From the human T2T-CHM13v2.0 reference genome, Homo sapiens, in assembly GCF_009914755.1 (NCBI RefSeq), contig NC_060940.1: 64,000 nucleotides of DNA; one strand, written 5' to 3'. The notes under the pieces were generated by a model. That model did not search any database. It was not told the DNA's origin and worked only from the letters and a program-made list of their open reading frames with translations. Positions 58,201-64,000 of this stretch are shown one piece after another. Each line of letters begins with the position of its first letter. The stretch's first letter is position 1. Position numbers and translations under genes: made by a program.

Positions 58201-61200
58201 CCATTCAGTGATGTTTCCATTCGACTCCATTCGATGATGATTCCATTCGACTCCATTCGATTATGATTTCATTCAATTCCATTCGATAATGATTCCCTTC
58301 GAGTCCATTCGATGATTCCATTCGATTCCATTCAACGATGATTTGATTCGTGTCCATTCGATGATTCCATTTGATTCCACTTGATGATGATTCCATTCGA
58401 GTCCATTTGATGATTCCATTCAATTCCATTCTCCGATGATTTCTTTTGAGCCCATTCAATGCTTCCACTCGATTCCATATGATGATGACTCCATTCGATG
58501 AAATTCGATGATGATTCCCTTTGATTCCATTCAAAGATGATTCCATTCTAGCCCATTCAATCATTCCATTCGATTCTATTCAATGATGATTCCATTCATG
58601 TCGATTTGGTGATTCCATTTGACTTCATTTGATGATGATTCCTTTCAAGTTCATTAGATGATTCCATTCGATTCCATTTGATGATGATCCCATTCGAGTC
58701 CATTCAGTGATTCCACTCGTTTCCATTCCATGATGATTCCATTCCATTCCATTCAATGATTCCATTCGATTCCGTTTGATGATGATTTCATTCGAGTCCA
58801 TTTGATGATTCCATTTGATTCCATTCGATGATGATTCCATTCGAGTCCATTCGATGATTCTATTCGAATCCATTTGATGATTTCTTTTGATTATAGTTGG
58901 TGATGATTCCATTGGAGTCCATTCAATGATTCCATTCGATTCCAATCGATGGTGATTCCATTAGAGTCCATTTAATGATTCCATTTGATTCCAGTCTCTG
59001 ATGATTACATTCGAGTCCATACGATGATTCCACTCAATTCCATATGATGATGATTCCATTCGATTCCATTCGATGATTCCATTCTATTCTATTCAATGGT
59101 GATTCCATTCGAGTACATTAGATGATTCCATTCGATTCCATTCAATGATGATTCTATTTGTGTCCCTTAGATGATTCCACATGATTCCATTAGATGATGA
59201 TACTATTTGAGCCCATCCAATGATTCCCTTCGATTCCATTCGATGAGGATTCCATTCGATTCAATTCATTGGTGATTGTATTCAATTCAATTCTTTGATT
59301 CCATTCCATTCCATTCGACAATGATTCCATTCGATTTCTTTCGATGATTCCACTCGATTCCACTTGACATTGATTCCCTTCGATTCCATTCAATGATTCC
59401 ATTTGATTCCAGTGGATGATGATTGCCATCGATTCCATTCGATCACTCCATTCTATTCCATTTGATGATGATTACATTCGATTCCATTTGACGATTCCAT
59501 CTGATTCTATTCGAGGATTCCATTTGATTCCATTCGATGATGATTCCATTCGAGTCCATTCGATGATTTCATTCGAGTACATCCAATGATTCCATTCGAG
59601 TCCATTTGATGATTCCATTTGATTCCATTTGATAATGATTCTACTAGAGTCCATTCAATGACTCCATTGGAGTCCATTCAACAATTCCATTCGACTCCAT
59701 TTGATGATTCCATTCGATTCCATTTGATGATTCCATTCGAGTCCATTTAATCATTACAGTCGAGTCCATTTGGTGATTCCACCGGATTTCTTTTGATAAT
59801 GATACCATTCAAATACATTTGATGATGATCCCATTCAATTTCATTTGATGATGATTCCATTAGAGTCCATTCGATGATTTCATTCGAGTCCCTTCATTGA
59901 TTCCATCCGATTTCATTGGATGATGACTCCATTCGAGTCCATTCGATGATTCCACTCGATTCCATTAGATGATTCCATTGGAGTCCATTTGATTGTTCCA
60001 TTCGATTCCATTCAATTCCTTTCGAAGATTATTCCATTTGAGTCCATTCGACGATGATTCCATTCCATTCCATTCGATGATTCCGTTTGATTCCATTCGA
60101 TGATTCCCTTCGATTCCTTTCTTTGATGATTCCATTCCATTCCATTCAATGATTCCATTCGAATCTATTCCATGATGATTCCTTTCGATTCCATTCGCTG
60201 ATGTTTCCGTTCAATTCCATTCGATGATGATTCCATTCGATTCCATTCATTGAGGATTCCATTTGATTCCATTCAATGATGATTCCGTTCTATTCCATTC
60301 AATGATTGCATTCAATTCCATTCAATGATTATCCCCTTAGAGTAAACTCAACGATTCCATTCAATACCATTCGATGATGATTCCTTTTGAGTCCATTCAA
60401 TGATTTCATTCAAGTCCATTTGATGATTCCTTTCAATTCCATTCTATGATGATTCCATTCGAGTCCATTCGATGATTCCATTCGATTGCATTCGATGATT
60501 CCATTATATTCCAGTCAACGATGATTCCATTCGAGTCCATTCGATGATTCCATTAGAGTACATTTAATGATTGCTTTGTTTTCAATTCGAAGATGATTAC
60601 ATTGGATTCCATTCTATGATACCATTCGATTCCATTCAATGATGATTCCACTCAAATCCATTGGATGATTCCATTCGTGTCCATTCGGTGATTTCATTAG
60701 ATTCCATTCGAGGATGATTCCATTCGATTCCATTCGATGATTCCATTCAATTCCATTCGATGATGATTCCATTCCAGTCCATATGATCATTCCATTTGAT
60801 TTCATTCGATGATGATTCCATTCGATTCCATTCGATGATTCCATTCTATTCCATTCGATGATGATTCCATTCGAGTCCATTCGATGATTCCATTCGAGTC
60901 CATTTAATGATTCCATTGGGTTCAATTCAATGATGATTACATTGGATTCCGTTCTATGATTCCATTCAATTCCGTTCATAGACAATTTGATTCCATTCGA
61001 TGATGATTCCATTTGAGTTCATTCGATGATTCTATTCGATTCTCTTCGATGGTGATTCAATTCTATTATATTGGATGATTCCATTCGATTCCATTTGATG
61101 TTGATTCAATTCGATTCTATTCGATGATGATTCCATTGGATTTCACTTGATGATTCTATTCGATTCCATTCAATGATGATTCACTTCTCGTCCATTGGAT

Positions 61201-61594
61201 GATTCCATTTCATTCCATTCGATGATGATTCCATTCGATTCCATTCGATGATTCCATTTGATTCCATGCGACGGTGAGCAATTCGATTCAATTCCATGAT
61301 GATTCTATTTGATTCAATTAGATGATGTTTCCATTCGAATCCATTCCATGATTATTCCATTGGAATCCATTTGGCGATGATTCCATATGAGTCAATTCAA
61401 TGATGATTCCATATGGGTCCGTTCGATGATAATTCCATTTGATTTCATTCGATGCTTCTATTCTATTCCAGTCGATGATGATTCCGTTGGAGTCCATACG
61501 ATGATTCCATTTGATTTCATTTGATGATGATTCCATTCGATGATGATTACATTGGATTCCATTCTATGATTCCATTCGATTCCATTCGTTGATG
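49291..61594 (+). repeat. Tandem duplication of 6,152 bp (49291-55442 and 55443-61594)
   Basis: Constant 6,152 offset (50125/56277, 52473/58625, 55166/61318); shared variant GTTGATTTAATTCG near 49410 and 55562; only scattered substitutions. Confidence 0.92.
54781..56170 (+). repeat. 610 bp local tandem repeat at the junction of the 6,152 bp duplication
   Basis: ATGATTACATTGGATTCC at 54781, 55391 and 56001; GGTGAGCAATTCG and ATATGGGTCCGTT each appear twice, 610 bp apart. Confidence 0.88.
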
Positions 61595-64000
61595 ATTCGA
61601 TTCCATTCAATGATGATTCCATTTGAGTTCATTCGATGATTCTATTCGATTCCGTTCGATGGTGATTCAATTCTATTATATAGGATGATTCCACTCGATT
61701 CCATTTGATGATTATTCCATTGGAGTCCACTTAGTGAATCCTTTAGATTCTACTCGAAGATGATTCCATTCGAGTCCATTCGATGATACCATTCAATTCC
61801 ATTCGTTGATGCTTCCATTCAAGTGCATTCGATGATATCATTCGATTCCATTTGATGATAATTCCATTTGATTCCATGCGATGATTCTATTCGATTCCAT
61901 TCAATGATAATTCCATTCAATTCAGTGATTCCTCTGGACTCCATTTGATGATGATTCCATTCAATGATTCCATTCGATTCTATTCCAAAATGATTCCATT
62001 TGAATCCATTTGATGATGATTCCATTAGATTCCATTTGATGATTCCATTCGATTCCATTTGACGATGATTCCATTCGATTCCATTTGATGATTCCATTCT
62101 ATTCTATTCGATGATGATTCCATTCGATTCCATTTGATGATGATTGGATTCGATTCCATTTGATGATTTCATTTGATTCCATTCGTTAATGATTTCGATC
62201 AACTCCATTCGATGATTCCATTTGATTCCATTCTATAATGATTACATCCGAGTCCATTCGATGATTCCATTTGAGCCCGTTCGATAATTCCATTTGAGTC
62301 CAATCAATGATTCCATTCATTTCCATTCAATGATTCCATTCGAGTCCATTTGATCATTCTGGTAGGGTCCGTTCGATGTTGATTCCATTGGAGTGCATTC
62401 GATGATTGCATTCGAGTCCATTTTAGGATTTGATTCGAGTCCTTTCGATGATTCCATTCGATTCCACTCGATGATGATTTCATTCGAGTCCATTCGACAC
62501 TTCCAATCGATTCCATTTGATGTTTCCATTCGAGTCCAATTGATGATTCCATTCAATTCCATTCGATGATGATTCCGTACGATTCCATTCTGTGATGATT
62601 CCATGTGATTGCATTCAATGATGATTCCTTTAGATTGCATTCGATTGTGATTCATTTCGTCTTCATTCTATGGTTCCACAGGTTTCCATTCGTGTCCATT
62701 CCATTATTCCATTCTATTCCATTTGGTGATGATTCCATTCGATTCCATTCATTGGTGATTCCACTCAATTCCATTCAATGATTCCATTCCATTTCTTTCA
62801 ACAATGATTCCATTAGTTTCTAATCGATGATCCACTTGATTCCATTTGACGACGATTCCATTCTTGTCCATTCGATGATTCCATTTGATTCCATATGATG
62901 ATGATTCCATTCGATTCCATACCATGATGATTCCATTCGAGTCCATTCAATGGTGATTCCATTCAATTCCATTCGATGATTCCTTTCGATTCCATTCGAT
63001 GATGATGGCATTCGATTCCTTTCAATCATTCCCTTTGATTCCATTCAAAGGTGATTTCATTCAAGTCCATTCGATAATTGCATTCGATTCCATTCTATGA
63101 TGATTCCATTCGAGTCCATTTGATGATTCCATTCAATTCAAGTCAATGATGATTCCATTCGATTCCATTCGATGATTCCATTGGATTCCATTCGATGATG
63201 ATTCCATTCAAATCCATTCGATAATTCAATTCAAGTCCATTCGATGATGATTAAAATCGAATCCATTCAAAGATTCCATTCAGTTCCATTCGATGATTCC
63301 CTTAGATTCCATTCGATGATTCCACTTGATTGCATTTACGATGATTCCATTCGATTCCATGTGATGATTCCATTCAATACTATTCAATGCTGTTTCCATT
63401 TGATTCCATTCGACCATGATTGCCTTTGATTCCATTCAATGACTCCATTCGGTTCCTTTTGATGATGATTCCGTTCGATTCCATTTGATGATTCCATTTG
63501 ATTCCATTGGATGAGTCCATTCGATTACATTCGATGATTATTCCATTCGAGTGCATTAGATGATTCCATTCGAGTCCATTCGATGATTCCATTCGATTCC
63601 ATTCGATGTTGATTCTGTTCAAATCCATTCGATGATTCCACTCGATTCCATTCGATGACTCCAGTTGATCCCATTCGATGATTTCCTTTGATTCCCTTTG
63701 ATGATCATTCCATTTGATTCAATTCGGTGATTTCATTTGATTCCATTCAGTGATGTTTCCATTCGACTCCATTCGATGATGATTCCATTCGACTCCATTC
63801 GATTATGATTTCATTCAATTCCATTCGATAATGATTCCCTTCAAGTCCATTCGATGATTCCATTCGATTCCATTCAACGATGATTTGATTCGTGTCCATT
63901 CGATGATTCCATTTGATTCCACTTGATGATGATTCCATTCGAGTCCATTTGATGATTCCATTCAATTCCATACTCCGATGATTTCTTTTGAGCCCACTCA

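Larger units (their letters stand above)
1..64000 (+). repeat. Human Satellite 2 (HSat2/HSATII) pericentromeric array, single orientation, probably HSat2B-like
   Basis: Continuous CATTCGATTC and CATTCGATGAT(GAT)TC monomers with very dense TCGA sites and frequent GAGTCC variants. Pure (CATTC)n runs typical of HSat3 are only 2-3 copies long. The most complete unit spans 6,131 bp (homologous ORF stops at 34305 and 40436), similar to the ~6.1 kb unit known for HSat2B; the subfamily call is inference. Confidence 0.97.

Noticed and set aside
32231-63429. Plus-strand ORFs such as MMIKIESIQRFHSVPFDD
   Set aside because: Chance stop-free stretches of the satellite, repeated only because the unit is repeated.
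331-63971. Many 60-164 aa minus-strand ORFs rich in MESNGIIEW / WNHHRM motifs
   Set aside because: Direct translations of the GAATGGAATC(ATC) strand; overlapping frames give similar peptides, stops vary between copies, and there is no domain or gene structure.
1-64000. CRISPR-like pattern of short recurring repeats
   Set aside because: No unique spacers, no constant repeat-spacer period and no cas genes; the intervening sequence is itself satellite.
1-64000. HSat3 or alpha satellite identity
   Set aside because: No long (CATTC)n tracts and no 171 bp monomer; GATGAT-containing, TCGA-rich monomers indicate HSat2.
1-64000. Inversion breakpoint or L1/Alu/LTR insertion
   Set aside because: The CATTC strand stays on + throughout and I found no non-satellite segment.
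1-64000. Assignment to a specific chromosome
   Set aside because: The ~6.1 kb unit suggests HSat2B, but related arrays occur on several chromosomes; mapping to a T2T assembly is required.

Overview
The whole 64 kb window is one uninterrupted Human Satellite 2 (HSat2/HSATII)-type array, CATTC-rich strand on +, built from degenerate CATTCGATTC / CATTCGATGAT(GAT)TC monomers. I see no genes, RNA genes, transposon insertions, inversions or CRISPR; every ORF in the track is a translation of the satellite. I did not find a new protein-coding or enzymatic system. What can be read is a nested history of rearrangement. A ~6.1 kb base unit (HSat2B-like) occurs in deletion variants of 5,840 and 5,542 bp and in a 4.1 kb variant carrying a distinct 1.83 kb block. 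These variants form a ~16 kb three-unit higher-order repeat. Superimposed are a near-identical 10.7 kb duplication at offset 21,438, a young 5 x 2,255 bp array with a 4,510 bp dimer signature, a 6,152 bp tandem duplication and local 2,435, 1,938, 1,604 and 610 bp re-entries. Offsets come from the ORF track and spot checks by eye, not from computed alignments; chromosome and species (human or close ape) cannot be fixed from the window alone.
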